Shown here: positions 1-9,800 of the stretch, in pieces
How the letters are laid out: the number at the start of each line of letters is the position of its first letter
Position numbering within the stretch: position 1 is the stretch's first letter
Assembly: GCA_963815115.1 (NCBI GenBank)
Contig: CAWFFN010000012.1
Location: forward strand, 512,001-576,000
Length of the DNA: 64,000 nt
DNA from: an uncultured delta proteobacterium
Lineage (GTDB): Bacteria; Desulfobacterota; Binatia; DP-6
Direction: 5' to 3'
Notes under the pieces: generated by a model
Told to the model about the DNA's origin: nothing
Database searches by the model: none
Seen by the model: only the letters and a program-made list of their open reading frames with translations
Position numbers and translations under genes: made by a program

Positions 1-2159
1 GTGACGGTTGTCGTCGTGGCCGCGGCGGTGGTCGTTGTGAGCGGGCCCTCGGTCGTGGTGGTCGTGGTGCCCGGAAGTGTGGTCGTCGTCGTGGTGGTCA
101 AGACTGTGGTGACGTCCGTTGCCGTGTTGTTCGCGGTATCGACATCGCCGCCGCCGGAAATGGTCGCCGTGTTGGCTACCGACGCGGGCGCGTTGGCTGC
201 AACATTCACCGTGATCGTCACCGGCTCGTAACTCGCGCCGGGCGCCAGAGGGTCGCTGCGATTGCAATTGACCATTGCGCCGCTGACGCCGCAGGTCCAG
301 CCAGCACCAGTGGCCGCCGTCGGCGTGAGGCCCGGTGGAACATCGTCGGTCAGGGTGACGACCCCAATGGTCGAGGGGGTGCCGCTGTTCGTCACCGTGA
401 CGGTGAACTGCGCTCCGATCTGTCCCTGCGTGAAATTGCCCACGTGACTCTTGGAGATCGTCAGGTCCGGCGCGGGAATGGCGGGCGGCTCGAATCCCGT
501 CGCGTAGGCGGCCAGCGGGGTGGTCGGTGCCGACTGGTCCGCGACGGCGTAGAACAGGTCGTCGAAGAAGAAGCCCTGGGCGGCCGTGTCGGCGAATGCG
601 CCAAAGGCACTCGGGGCTGCGCCCGAGCGGAAGTACAGGCGGTTGCTCAGGACATACAGGGAGCCAAGAAAGTCGCGGAAGCCCTCGAAGGTGCCGAAGG
701 TCATGCCGCCGAGGGGATTGGCGAGTGGGACTCCATCCAGGGCGTATCCGACGGTGTCGTTCGCCGGCCCGTCGGTGAAGGTGGCGACGATGTCGAGGCG
801 GTGGTAGACGCCGCGTGAGATTCCCGTGGCGATGATTTGGGTGGGACGGAAGCTGCCGGTCGCTCCGTCAGGCTCACTTGCCCGAAGCTGCAGACCGCCG
901 TCAGCGCCGTCGGCTCGGTTCGTCACCGCCAGGAAGTTGTTGCGGTCATCGCCGGCGGCGCTCCCGAGATCGATCTCCATGTTGGAGCCATCGGCTGACG
1001 CACTCGCGGAGCGGAACCACAGCGTCGCGGTGAACTGATCGGCGCCGGCCCCGGATGACGGCTGGCCGGCGGACACCGGAAGGCCCGGACTGAACACCCA
1101 CCCGGCGAAGTTCCCGTTGTAATTGCCCAACGACGTGTTGTTCGAGATCCGCCAGGCTCCCGTCCCGGTGCGTTGGTTGAGACCGGTCAGGTCAACGGCC
1201 TGGTCGACGCTCGCGGCGATCGGGATCGTTCCGCCGGACCAGCCTTCCTGGCCCTGGATCGAACCGGCGGAGTAGCCCGGCTCGAACCCCGTCGCGTAGG
1301 CGGCCAGCCGGAGGGCCGGTGCCGACTGGTCCGCGACGGCGTAGAACAGGTCGTCGAAGAAGAAGCCCTGGGCGGCCGTGTCGGCGAATGCGCCAAAGGC
1401 ACTCGGGGCTGCGCCCGAGCGGAAGTACAGGCGGTTGCTCAGGACATACGGGGAGCCAAGAAAGTCGCGGAAGCCCTCGAAGGTGCCGAAGGTCATGCCG
1501 CCGAGGGGATTGGCGAGTGGGACTCCATCCAGGGCGTATCCGACGGTATCGTTCGCCGGCCCGTCGGTGAAGGTGGCAACGATGTCGAGGCGGTGGTAGA
1601 CGCCGCGTGAGATTCCCGTGGCGATGATTTGGGTGGGACGGAAGTTACCGGTCGCTCCGTCGGGCTCACTTGCCCGAAGCTGCAGACCGCCGTCAGCGTC
1701 GGCCCGGTTCGTCACCGCCAGGAAGTTGTTGCGGTCATCGCCGGCAACGCTCCCGAGATCGATCTCCATGTTGGAGCCATCGGCTGCCGCACTCGCGGAG
1801 CGGAACCACAGCGTCGCGGTGAACTGATCGGCGACGGCCCCGGATGACGGCTGGCCAGCGGACACCGGGAGGCCCGGGCCGAACACCCACCCGGCGAAGT
1901 TCCCGTTGTAGTTGCCCAACGAAGTGTTGTTCGAGATCCGCCAGGCTCCCGTCCCGGTGCGTTGGTTGACACCGGATTGGTCGACGACCTGGTCGATGCT
2001 CGGGGAGACCGGGAGCGTTCCGCCGGACCAGCCATCCTGGCCCTCGATCGAACGGGCGGACATGGACATGGCCTCGATGACGGTTCCGATCGTAGCCGGG
2101 AGCAGACCGGCGATCAGGACGATCGCCACCAGAAGGCGGACTTGACGGCGTTGAGTCAT
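1..2159 (-). CDS. Large secreted protein (partial, runs off the left edge): signal peptide, two ~260-aa near-identical beta-rich domains, DUF11-like Ig domain, Thr-rich linker
   Basis: Not in the ORF track because there is no stop in the window. Read by hand from ATG 2159 (GAGGGAG upstream): MTQRRQVRLLVAIVLIAGLL..., two copies of SIxGQxGWSGGT...YATGFEP, then PDLTISKSHVGNFTQGQ...FTVTVTNSG...NNTATD (DUF11-like) and TTTTTTTLPGTTTT. Confidence 0.85.
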   Translation of the reverse strand, partial: MTQRRQVRLLVAIVLIAGLLPATIGTVIEAMSMSARSIEGQDGWSGGTLPVSPSIDQVVDQSGVNQRTGTGAWRISNNTSLGNYNGNFAGWVFGPGLPVSAGQPSSGAVADQFTATLWFRSASAAADGSNMEIDLGSVAGDDRNNFLAVTNRADADGGLQLRASEPDGATGNFRPTQIIATGISRGVYHRLDIVATFTDGPANDTVGYALDGVPLANPLGGMTFGTFEGFRDFLGSPYVLSNRLYFRSGAAPSAFGAFADTAAQGFFFDDLFYAVADQSAPALRLAAYATGFEPGYSAGSIQGQEGWSGGTIPIAASVDQAVDLTGLNQRTGTGAWRISNNTSLGNYNGNFAGWVFSPGLPVSAGQPSSGAGADQFTATLWFRSASASADGSNMEIDLGSAAGDDRNNFLAVTNRADGADGGLQLRASEPDGATGSFRPTQIIATGISRGVYHRLDIVATFTDGPANDTVGYALDGVPLANPLGGMTFGTFEGFRDFLGSLYVLSNRLYFRSGAAPSAFGAFADTAAQGFFFDDLFYAVADQSAPTTPLAAYATGFEPPAIPAPDLTISKSHVGNFTQGQIGAQFTVTVTNSGTPSTIGVVTLTDDVPPGLTPTAATGAGWTCGVSGAMVNCNRSDPLAPGASYEPVTITVNVAANAPASVANTATISGGGDVDTANNTATDVTTVLTTTTTTTLPGTTTTTTEGPLTTTTAAATTTTV
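487..2053. repeat. Tandem in-frame duplication, copies at ~487-1264 and ~1279-2053 (offset 792 then 789 bp)
   Basis: Near-identical shadow ORFs at 527/1319, 586/1378 and 826/1618; one 3-bp indel between the copies. Confidence 0.95.
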
Positions 2160-2545
2160 CGCGCTCCCTCCAGCTCGACGTTCGCCGTTGCCCCGATCGT
2201 GACGATGTCGAGGTTGGGGGTCAGCGGCAGCGGCGGCGGCGGCGCCTGAATCGTGGTGGTCGCCGCGTCCGCGCCAACCAGCTTGAGCTCCGTATCGATC
2301 GTGACCTGCTCGGTATAGGTCCCCGCAGCGACGTTGACTGTGTCGCCGGAACACATGGCCCCAGCGTCTGCGTCCACGGCATGCTGTATCGTCAAGCAGG
2401 GGCTGCTTGAGGTGCGACAATCGTTCGATCCGTCAGTGCCCGTCGCTGCGTCGACGAAGCGTGGCTCGCATTGGGCGTACGCCGAGGCCGCCACGAGCAT
2501 CAGAAGACCCGGAAGCACTGCCAGCCGACGTGGGAAAGAAGACAT
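2156..2545 (-). CDS. Short secreted protein resembling only the N-terminus of a right-handed beta-helix (pectin-lyase-like) protein; possibly truncated
   Basis: Signal peptide ending ASAYA, then FVDAATGTDGSNDC...PCLTIQHAVD...GDTVNVAAGTYTEQVTID. It stops after 129 aa, and its TGA overlaps the next ATG (ATGA). Confidence 0.65.
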   Translation of the reverse strand: MSSFPRRLAVLPGLLMLVAASAYAQCEPRFVDAATGTDGSNDCRTSSSPCLTIQHAVDADAGAMCSGDTVNVAAGTYTEQVTIDTELKLVGADAATTTIQAPPPPLPLTPNLDIVTIGATANVELEGAR

Positions 2546-2822
2546 CGAGGATCCCTCCCGGGCGGCTGCCCAGACCGCCCTAGCTCCGAGCCAGTCACCT
2601 CGGGCCTCGCACCGTGCCGGTCGATTGTCAATCCCCCTCCTTGGATGATTCATTCCCAAGACTGCTGACGATCTACCTGGCAGAAATCAGCCAAACCGCA
2701 GCCGCATGTCATCGATGAAGGGCTAGTCGAAGGTTCGTGCGCCGCTTCCCTCCTCGAGGACCGGCGGTCGAACGATCGCTTGAGTTGACGCGGTAGCGCG
2801 CGCCGCGTCACAACCCGGTCAC

Positions 2823-4529
2823 ATGGCGACGACGCTGTACGTCGGTGGTCGTATACGACCCTGCGACGGCACGACCGAGTCGGCCGAAGCGCTGGTCGAG
2901 CGCGACGGTCGCATCGTCGGCGTCGGCGCGCGGCACGACATGGAGCGGATCGCCGGCGCGAACGCCGAGCGGATCGACGTCCGCGGTGCGACCATCCTGC
3001 CCGGGCTCGTCGACACGCACCCGCATGTTCTCCACTTCGGCGTCTTCTCGTATCCCCTGGTCGACCTGGCGGACGCCCGATCGCACGACGACATCGTCGA
3101 GCGCGTGCGGGCACGCGCCGCGACCACACCGCCGGGGGAGTGGATCATGGCCACGCCCGTCGGCGAGCCGCACTACTTCGTGCGCCGCTCCTGGAAGGAC
3201 CTCGCCGAGGGCAGCCTGCCCGATCGCGGCGTCCTCGATCGCGCCACCACCGACCACCCCGTCTTCGTCCAGGCGTGGGCGCCCGTGCTCCCGAACGTCT
3301 GTGCGCTGAACTCGCGCGGCCTCGAGCGGCTGCGCATCGGACGGGAGACGGCCGATCGGGTCGAGCACGTCTGGATCGAGAAGGATGCGGCGGGCGAGCC
3401 AACCGGCATCCTGCGCGGCTCGGTCAACAACTACTACACCAACGATCCGTACATGAACGCCCTGCTCCGCGAGGTGCCGCTCCTGCAGCCGGAAGCCGTG
3501 CTCCCTGCGACGCGGCAGGCGATGGCGGCCTACAACCGGCTCGGCGTGACGACGGTGTACGAGGGGCACGCCATGGGCAACGCCGAGATCGGCGCGTATC
3601 GCGCACTGCGCGCCGACGGGGAGCTGACCCTGCGGGTGCTGACGACCCTGGAAGCCGAGTCGTACGGGCTGCCGTGGACGCAGCCGCTCTCCATGGCCGA
3701 GTTCCGCGAGAACCTGGAGGCCGCGCTGGCGATGACGGACACCGTCGACGACCTCCTGCGCCACCGGGGCGTCACGTTGTCGCGCGGCGGCCCCTGCTGG
3801 CCGGGGTTCCTGCGCATGTACGAAGCGTATCGCGGGCCCTACGGCGAGCCGACGACCGGCGTCACCTTCGTCGGGGAGGACAAGGAGCAAGCCGCGCTCG
3901 ACTTCTGCGCCGAGCGCGGCCTGCGCCTCAACTTCATCGGCGCCGGCTACCGCGACCACGACGAGTTCCTCGACCGTGCGGAGGGCGTCGCGCGCCGCAT
4001 GCCCGGCGCCAGCCGCGGCTGGATACTGCAGCACGTCTTCTTCCTCACCGAGCGCGCGGCGCGGCGCTACGCCTCCCTCGGCTTCGACGTCACGACCAGC
4101 CTCTCGTTCACCTGGGGCAAGGGCGACATGTTCGTCGAGCGCATCGGCGAGCACGTGCTGCCCGACCTGATCCCGCTGCGACGCATGCTCGACGCGGGCC
4201 TGGTGGTCGCGTGCGGAAGCGACTGGGGCCCGAAGAACGTCTTCGAGCACCTCGCCCTCGCCGAGACACATCGTTTCTGCGGCAGCGGGCGGCGGAACGA
4301 CGGTCCCGCGCAGCGCGTGACTCGCGAGGAAGCGCTCCGCATGTGGACGACCGACGCCGCGCGCGTGCTCGGCTGGGACGGTGTGGGGACGCTCCGATCA
4401 GGGAGCCACGCCGACCTGATCGTCGTCGATCGCGACCCGCTCACCTGCCCGTCGGAGCAGCTCGCGGACGCGCGGGTGCTCCGCACGGTGCTGGGCGGGC
4501 GCGCGGTCTGGGACTCGGGCGCGCTCTGA
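2823..4529 (+). CDS. Amidohydrolase, YtcJ-like (Amidohydro_3)
   Basis: AEALVERDGRIVGVG, ILPGLVDTHPH, GSDWGP and C-terminal GSHADLIVVDRDPL...VLRTVLGGRAVW; 568 aa. Confidence 0.9.
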   Translation: MATTLYVGGRIRPCDGTTESAEALVERDGRIVGVGARHDMERIAGANAERIDVRGATILPGLVDTHPHVLHFGVFSYPLVDLADARSHDDIVERVRARAATTPPGEWIMATPVGEPHYFVRRSWKDLAEGSLPDRGVLDRATTDHPVFVQAWAPVLPNVCALNSRGLERLRIGRETADRVEHVWIEKDAAGEPTGILRGSVNNYYTNDPYMNALLREVPLLQPEAVLPATRQAMAAYNRLGVTTVYEGHAMGNAEIGAYRALRADGELTLRVLTTLEAESYGLPWTQPLSMAEFRENLEAALAMTDTVDDLLRHRGVTLSRGGPCWPGFLRMYEAYRGPYGEPTTGVTFVGEDKEQAALDFCAERGLRLNFIGAGYRDHDEFLDRAEGVARRMPGASRGWILQHVFFLTERAARRYASLGFDVTTSLSFTWGKGDMFVERIGEHVLPDLIPLRRMLDAGLVVACGSDWGPKNVFEHLALAETHRFCGSGRRNDGPAQRVTREEALRMWTTDAARVLGWDGVGTLRSGSHADLIVVDRDPLTCPSEQLADARVLRTVLGGRAVWDSGAL

Positions 4530-4547
4530 CGAGGCCGGCGGAAGCGC

Positions 4548-5463
4548 TCAGGCGGCCGCCCGCGTGACGCCCGGCGGCGGCGACGATCCCGGGAACAGCT
4601 CGGGATGCACGAGGGGCGCGAGCAGCTCGAGGCTGTCGACCAGGCGCGGGCCCGGCCGGCTGAAGTACGCCGAGCCGTCGACCACCCAGACCTCGCGGCT
4701 CTGCACGGCGGGCAGCTCCGGAAACCCGGAATATCGCCGGAGGATGGGCAGATCGCGCAGCGTGCGTGCGACGTCGAAGCCGCAGCACGCGATCACCAGC
4801 ACCTCGGGTGCGGCGGCGCGTACCGCCTCCCACTCGATCTCGGCGGCGTCCTCGCCGCCGCGGCCGACGGGGTCGATGCCCCCCGCGATCGTGCACCAGC
4901 TCGGGTCCCCAGTGGCCGCTGCGAAACGGCGGCGCGATCCACTCCAGCAGCACGCAGCGCCGCCGCGGGGCCGGCCCGCAGCGGGCCCGCACGCGCTCGA
5001 CGCGGGCCTGCAGCTCTGCGACCAGGGTCGCCGCGCGCTCCGGCACCCCGAGCGCAGTCCCCACCCGCCGGACGTCCTCGAACACGTCGGCGAGCGTCTG
5101 CGGCTCGAGGTTCACGACTGCGGGAGGCCCCGGCAGGGTGGCGGCGAACGCCGTGACGCTGTCGTAGCCGACGGCGCACACGTCGCACAGCCGCTGCGTG
5201 ATGATGACCTCCGGGGCCAGGCGGCGCATCAGCTCCTCGTCCATGGTGTAGAGGGTGCCGGTCCGCGCCAGCTCGGTCTTCACCCAGCGGTCGATGTCCG
5301 CGCTGTCGAGCGCGTTGCCGTGGATGGCGCAGCGAGTGACGCGGGGCTTCCGGTTCACCTCGACCGGATGGTCGCACTCGTGGCTGACGCCGACCAGATC
5401 ATCGAGCATTCCGAGCGCTGCGACGATCTCGGTCGCGGCCGGCAGAAGCGAGACGATCCGCAC
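4548..5463 (-). pseudogene. BtuF-like cobalamin/iron-chelate binding protein, frameshifted near 4890
   Basis: MRIVSLLPAATEIVAALG...GVSHECDHP...ITQRLCDVCAV...LEWIAPPFRSGHWGPELV in one frame; PEVLVIACCGFD...VDGSAYFSRPGPRLVDSLELLA in another. May be a sequencing indel. Confidence 0.85.
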
Positions 5464-5549
5464 GAGGCCGTCGTAGCAGGGCAGCACGCCGCAGCCAATG
5501 CCGAGCTTTCGCCGTCGCGACGCCTGCGCGATCGCGATAAGGAGGGGCG

Positions 5550-8500
5550 ATGGCCGCTGGACCGCGCGTGCTGGTCACCGCCGATGCGGCCAGCCGCCTC
5601 GCCGCCGCCGCGGCCTGGCTCGACGCGCTCGGACCGGACTCCGAGGCGCTCGTCATCGCGGCGAGCTGGGAGGCCTGCGACGACCTGGTGCGGGGCACGC
5701 TCGGGGCGTCCGGCGCGCGTTTCGGGGTCGTGCGCACCACGCTGGGGCGGCTCGCCACGCAGCTGGCGGCGCCCAGGCTGGCCGCTGACGGCAGGGCCCC
5801 GGTCACGGACCTCGGCCTCCTCGCCGTCGCGGCCAGGGCGGTGCACCGGCTCAATGCCGAGTCGGCCCTCGGCTACTTCGGTCCCGTCGCCGACCGGCCC
5901 GGCTTCACGCCCGCGCTCGCGCGCACGCTCGAGGAGCTGGCGATGAACCGGGTCACTGCGGAGAGGCTCCGCAGGCTGTCGCACGGCGGACCCGACCTGG
6001 CGCAGCTCGCCGAGGCGGTTGCTGCGGAGCTGGCGCGTGACGGCCTCGCCGATCGGGCCACGGTCTTTGCCGCGGCCGTCACCGCGGTGAACGAGGCGCG
6101 CGCGCCGCACCCGGTCGGCCTGCCGGTCGTTCTCCTCGACGTCCCGCTCGCGTGCGAGGCCGAGGAGGCGCTGGTCGCCGCGCTGGCGCACCGCGTTCCG
6201 GTCGTTCTCGCGACTGCCGCGGAGGGGGACGAGACCAGCATCTCGCGACTCCGGCGCGCCCTCGGCTGCGCCCCCGAGCGGCGGGCCGGCGGCGGAAGCG
6301 GATCGCTCGGCGCACTCCAGCGTCATCTCTTCGCCACCGACACGCCGATGGTGGAGCCTCTGGACGACGGGGTCCGGCTCACGGCGTGGCCCGGCGAGGC
6401 ACGCGAGTGCGTCGAGATCGCCCGCCAGATCCAGGAGGAGGCGGCACACGGCACGCCCTTCGATCGCCTGGCGGTGTTGCTGCGCGCGCCGGGCGACTAC
6501 ATCGCGCATCTCGAGGAGGCCTTCGGGCGTGCCGCCATCCCCTTCTTTCTCGCTCGCGCCGCGAAGCGGCCCCATCCGGCCGGCCGGGCACTGCTGGCGC
6601 TGCTCGCCTGTGCGGCCGAAGGATTGTCTGCGCGCCGGTTCGCCGAGTACCTGTCGCTGGCGCAGGTCCCCGATCCTGATGCACCCCTCGATCCGGAGTC
6701 GTCGTGGACTCCGCCGGAGAACGACGTGGTCCCGCCGCCCGAGGAAGCCGAGGGGCCCGAGCTGGAGGAGCTGGTCGCGGATCCGGAAGCGGCGCCGGTC
6801 GTGGCGGGCGCCCTGCGGACGCCGGCGCGCTGGGAGCGGCTGCTCGTGGAGGCCGCCGTCATCGGAGGGCGGGAGCGCTGGGCGCGACGCCTTGCCGGTC
6901 TCGGGGCGGATCTCGGGCGCCGGAGGGCAGAGGTGGGCGACGAGGACGAGGCGCGCGCCAAGCGTCTCGACCAGGACATGCTGACCCTCGGTCACCTGCG
7001 TGCCTTCGCCCTCCCGCTGATCGACCGCCTCGCCGGCCTTCCCCAGTCCGGAAACTGGAGCGAGTGGCTGGAGCACTTGCGCGCGCTCGCCACCGCGGCG
7101 CTCCGCGAATCCCAGCCCGTCCTGCGCGCGCTGGCGGAGCTCGAGCCCATGGCGCCCGTCGGCCCCGTCGAGCTGGACGAGGTGCAGATCGTTCTCGGTC
7201 CCCGCCTCCGTGATCTGACCGAGCCGCCGCCGCGTCGGCGCTACGGTCGCGTGTTCATCGGCACGACGCGAGCGGCACGCGGCATGGCGTTCGACGTCGT
7301 CTTCGTTCCCGGCCTGGCCGAGAACGTCTTCCCCGGGAAGATACTGGAGGACCCGCTGCTGCTCGACGAGCAGCGGCGGGCGCTCGCATCACCGGCCCTG
7401 CTGATCGAGCCCGGACGCGCCGAAGCCGAGCGGCTCGAGCTCCGGCTGGCTGTGGGTGCGGCGCGCCGCCGGGTGTGGCTGTCGTACCCTCGTGTCGACG
7501 TCGAGAAAGCGCGTCCGCGCGTGCCCTCCTTCTATGCCCTCGAGGTGTTGAAGGCAGCCGAGGGCCGGCTGCCCGGACTCGACGCGCTCACACGCGGAGC
7601 CGAGCAGGCGGCAGGCGCCAGGCTCGGCTGGCCCGCGCCGGCAGATCCGCGCATCGCCATCGACGAGGCCGAGTACGATCTCGCGCTCCTGGCCCCGCTC
7701 CTGGAGGCCGACCCGGAGACGACCGCCGGCACCGCGTTCTACCTCCTCGGGGCGAACCCTCACCTGGCCCGCGCCCTTCGCGCACGAGGACGGCGCTGGC
7801 TGCGGAGCTGGAAGGCGGCCGATGGTCTCGTCGATCCCGACGAGCTCGCGCGCGCCGCGCTTGCGCGTCATCAGATGACCGAGCGAGCCTACTCGCCGAC
7901 GGCGCTCCAGCTCTTCGCAGCCTGCCCGTACCGCTTCTTCCTCCAGGCGATCCAGAGGCTGGCGCCGCGCGAGGAGCCCGAGGCCATCGACGTGCTCGAT
8001 CCGCTGACTCGCGGTGCGCTCTTCCACGACGTGCAGTTCGGGGTGCTGGGCAGGCTGCGCGACGCCGGGCTGCTGCCGGTGCGTCCCGCCGGCCTCGAGC
8101 AAGCGTTCGAGGTGCTCGACGCGGTGCTCGACGCCGAGGAGACACGGGCAAGCGAGCAGCTCGCGCCGGCCATCCCGCGAGTCTGGAAGAACGAGATCGA
8201 CGGCCTGCGCGCCGATCTGCGCGAGTGGCTGCGGCGTTCGGCATCGGACGAGAGCGGCTGGGTCCCGGAGCGCTTCGAGCTCTCGTTCGGGCTGCCTCCT
8301 GGCGACCGCGAGCACCGCGACCCGTCGAGCGTGAGCGACGCCGTGCCGGTGAGCGGGCCGCTGGTGCTGCGCGGATCCATCGACCTGGTGGAGCGACGGG
8401 CGGACGGTTCCCTGCGGGTCACCGACCACAAGACCGGGAAGGTGCGCGCCAAAGAAGGGGTGATCGTGGGCGGTGGACAGGTCCTCCAGCCCTTGCTGTA

Positions 8501-8807
8501 CGCGCTCGCCTGCCATCGCATCCTCGGTGAGCCGGTGGTCGCCGGGCGGCTCTACTACTGCACGGCCACGGGCGACTACGCCGAGCGTTCCGTGCCGCTC
8601 GATGCTGCGGCCCGCAAGGCCATCGAGGCGGTCGTCTGGACGGTGGACGACGCGCTGCACCAGGGCTTCCTGCCCGCGATGCCGGAGAGCGGAGGCTGCG
8701 AGTACTGCGACTACCGCCGGGTGTGCGGACCGTACGAGGAGATCCGCACGCAGCGGAAGGCCCGAACCAGGGTGGAGGCGCTGTTGAAGTTACGCGAAAT
8801 GCCATAG
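5550..8807 (+). CDS. addB: AddB/RexB-like helicase-nuclease subunit (inactive helicase, PD-(D/E)XK nuclease, 4Fe-4S Cys motif)
   Basis: YSPTALQLFAACPYRFF, LRGSIDLVE...VTDHKTGK, QPLLY, CEYCDYRRVC. Confidence 0.85.
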   Translation: MAAGPRVLVTADAASRLAAAAAWLDALGPDSEALVIAASWEACDDLVRGTLGASGARFGVVRTTLGRLATQLAAPRLAADGRAPVTDLGLLAVAARAVHRLNAESALGYFGPVADRPGFTPALARTLEELAMNRVTAERLRRLSHGGPDLAQLAEAVAAELARDGLADRATVFAAAVTAVNEARAPHPVGLPVVLLDVPLACEAEEALVAALAHRVPVVLATAAEGDETSISRLRRALGCAPERRAGGGSGSLGALQRHLFATDTPMVEPLDDGVRLTAWPGEARECVEIARQIQEEAAHGTPFDRLAVLLRAPGDYIAHLEEAFGRAAIPFFLARAAKRPHPAGRALLALLACAAEGLSARRFAEYLSLAQVPDPDAPLDPESSWTPPENDVVPPPEEAEGPELEELVADPEAAPVVAGALRTPARWERLLVEAAVIGGRERWARRLAGLGADLGRRRAEVGDEDEARAKRLDQDMLTLGHLRAFALPLIDRLAGLPQSGNWSEWLEHLRALATAALRESQPVLRALAELEPMAPVGPVELDEVQIVLGPRLRDLTEPPPRRRYGRVFIGTTRAARGMAFDVVFVPGLAENVFPGKILEDPLLLDEQRRALASPALLIEPGRAEAERLELRLAVGAARRRVWLSYPRVDVEKARPRVPSFYALEVLKAAEGRLPGLDALTRGAEQAAGARLGWPAPADPRIAIDEAEYDLALLAPLLEADPETTAGTAFYLLGANPHLARALRARGRRWLRSWKAADGLVDPDELARAALARHQMTERAYSPTALQLFAACPYRFFLQAIQRLAPREEPEAIDVLDPLTRGALFHDVQFGVLGRLRDAGLLPVRPAGLEQAFEVLDAVLDAEETRASEQLAPAIPRVWKNEIDGLRADLREWLRRSASDESGWVPERFELSFGLPPGDREHRDPSSVSDAVPVSGPLVLRGSIDLVERRADGSLRVTDHKTGKVRAKEGVIVGGGQVLQPLLYALACHRILGEPVVAGRLYYCTATGDYAERSVPLDAAARKAIEAVVWTVDDALHQGFLPAMPESGGCEYCDYRRVCGPYEEIRTQRKARTRVEALLKLREMP

Positions 8808-8862
8808 ATGCCGCCGCACTGCGGACCGTAACCCTCGACGAACAGCGCTGTTGGACCTGGGC

Positions 8863-9153
8863 ATGAAGAAGACGATCCTGGCGACTGCGATCCTGGCACT
8901 GGTTGCCCTGGCCGCTCCTCGGCCCGCTGCTGCCGAGGTGTCCTTCTTCTTCGGACTCCCGGGCGTCTCGGTATACGGTGGGCCCCCGGTCGTCTACGCG
9001 CCGCCCGCGTACGCACCGCCGATCTACGCACCGCCGGTCTACTATGGTTACGGCCGCCCCTACTATGCCCCGGCGTACTACGGCCGCTACTACAGGGGCT
9101 GGGGACCGGGACGTGGATGGCACCGCGGCTGGTACAAGCACGGCTGGCACTGA
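8863..9153 (+). CDS. Small secreted Pro/Tyr/Gly-rich protein
   Basis: MKKTILATAILALVALAAPRPAAA signal, YAPP repeats, GWHRGWYKHGWH tail. Confidence 0.75.
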   Translation: MKKTILATAILALVALAAPRPAAAEVSFFFGLPGVSVYGGPPVVYAPPAYAPPIYAPPVYYGYGRPYYAPAYYGRYYRGWGPGRGWHRGWYKHGWH

Positions 9154-9248
9154 GGTAGGGGAGTACCTCGCCAGCCAACCGCTCGGCCGTCCGCGGGGGC
9201 CGGGCACCAGGCTGGACAGCGAGGCCGGATCGCTCTAGCGTCCGGCCC

Positions 9249-9791
9249 GTGCCGCGTCGGAGCCGGAGTGGTTGGGCGCGCATGCTATGCGCGCTGTCGG
9301 CGCTCGGCCTTCTCGGAGGAACCGCGATGGGCTTCGAGCTGAAGAGCGCCGCATTCGCGGCGGGCGGAGACATCCCGAAGAAGCACACCTGTGACGGACC
9401 GGATGTTTCGCCAGCGCTCGAGTGGACGACACCGCCAGCCGGCACGAAGGCGCTGGCTCTCGTGTGCGAGGATCCCGACGCGCCCGCCGGGCTCTGGGTA
9501 CACTGGGTGGTGTGGGGCATCCCGCCGGCGACGACGGCCTTGCCCGAGGGGATGAAGCGAGACGGCACGCTTTCCGACGGGAGCCGTCAGGGGCGGAACG
9601 ACTTCGGAAAGCTCGGCCACAACGGGCCGTGCCCGCCGCCCGGAAAGGCGCACCGCTACTACTTCAAGCTCTACGCGCTCGACGGCGTCCCGCAGCTCGA
9701 CCCCGGTGCGACGCGCGCGCAGCTGCTCGACGCGATGCGCGGCCACATCATCGGCGAGGCCGAGCTGATGGGCCGCTACGGCCGTTCCTGA
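9249..9791 (+). CDS. YbhB/YbcL family PEBP (Raf kinase inhibitor-like) protein
   Basis: TCDGPDVSPALEW, DPDAP...WVHWVVW, GPCPPPGKAHRYYFKLYALD. Confidence 0.93.
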   Translation: MPRRSRSGWARMLCALSALGLLGGTAMGFELKSAAFAAGGDIPKKHTCDGPDVSPALEWTTPPAGTKALALVCEDPDAPAGLWVHWVVWGIPPATTALPEGMKRDGTLSDGSRQGRNDFGKLGHNGPCPPPGKAHRYYFKLYALDGVPQLDPGATRAQLLDAMRGHIIGEAELMGRYGRS

Positions 9792-9800
9792 CGCCCGCAC

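Noticed and set aside
487-2053. Near-identical repeat pair as a DGR template/variable repeat
   Set aside because: Both copies are in frame in one gene and ~780 bp long, differences are not adenine-specific by eye, and no reverse transcriptase is in the window.
5550-8807. Cas4-like or defence nuclease
   Set aside because: The Fe-S PD-(D/E)XK domain is fused to a dead helicase and paired with an AddA-like gene, which fits housekeeping repair.
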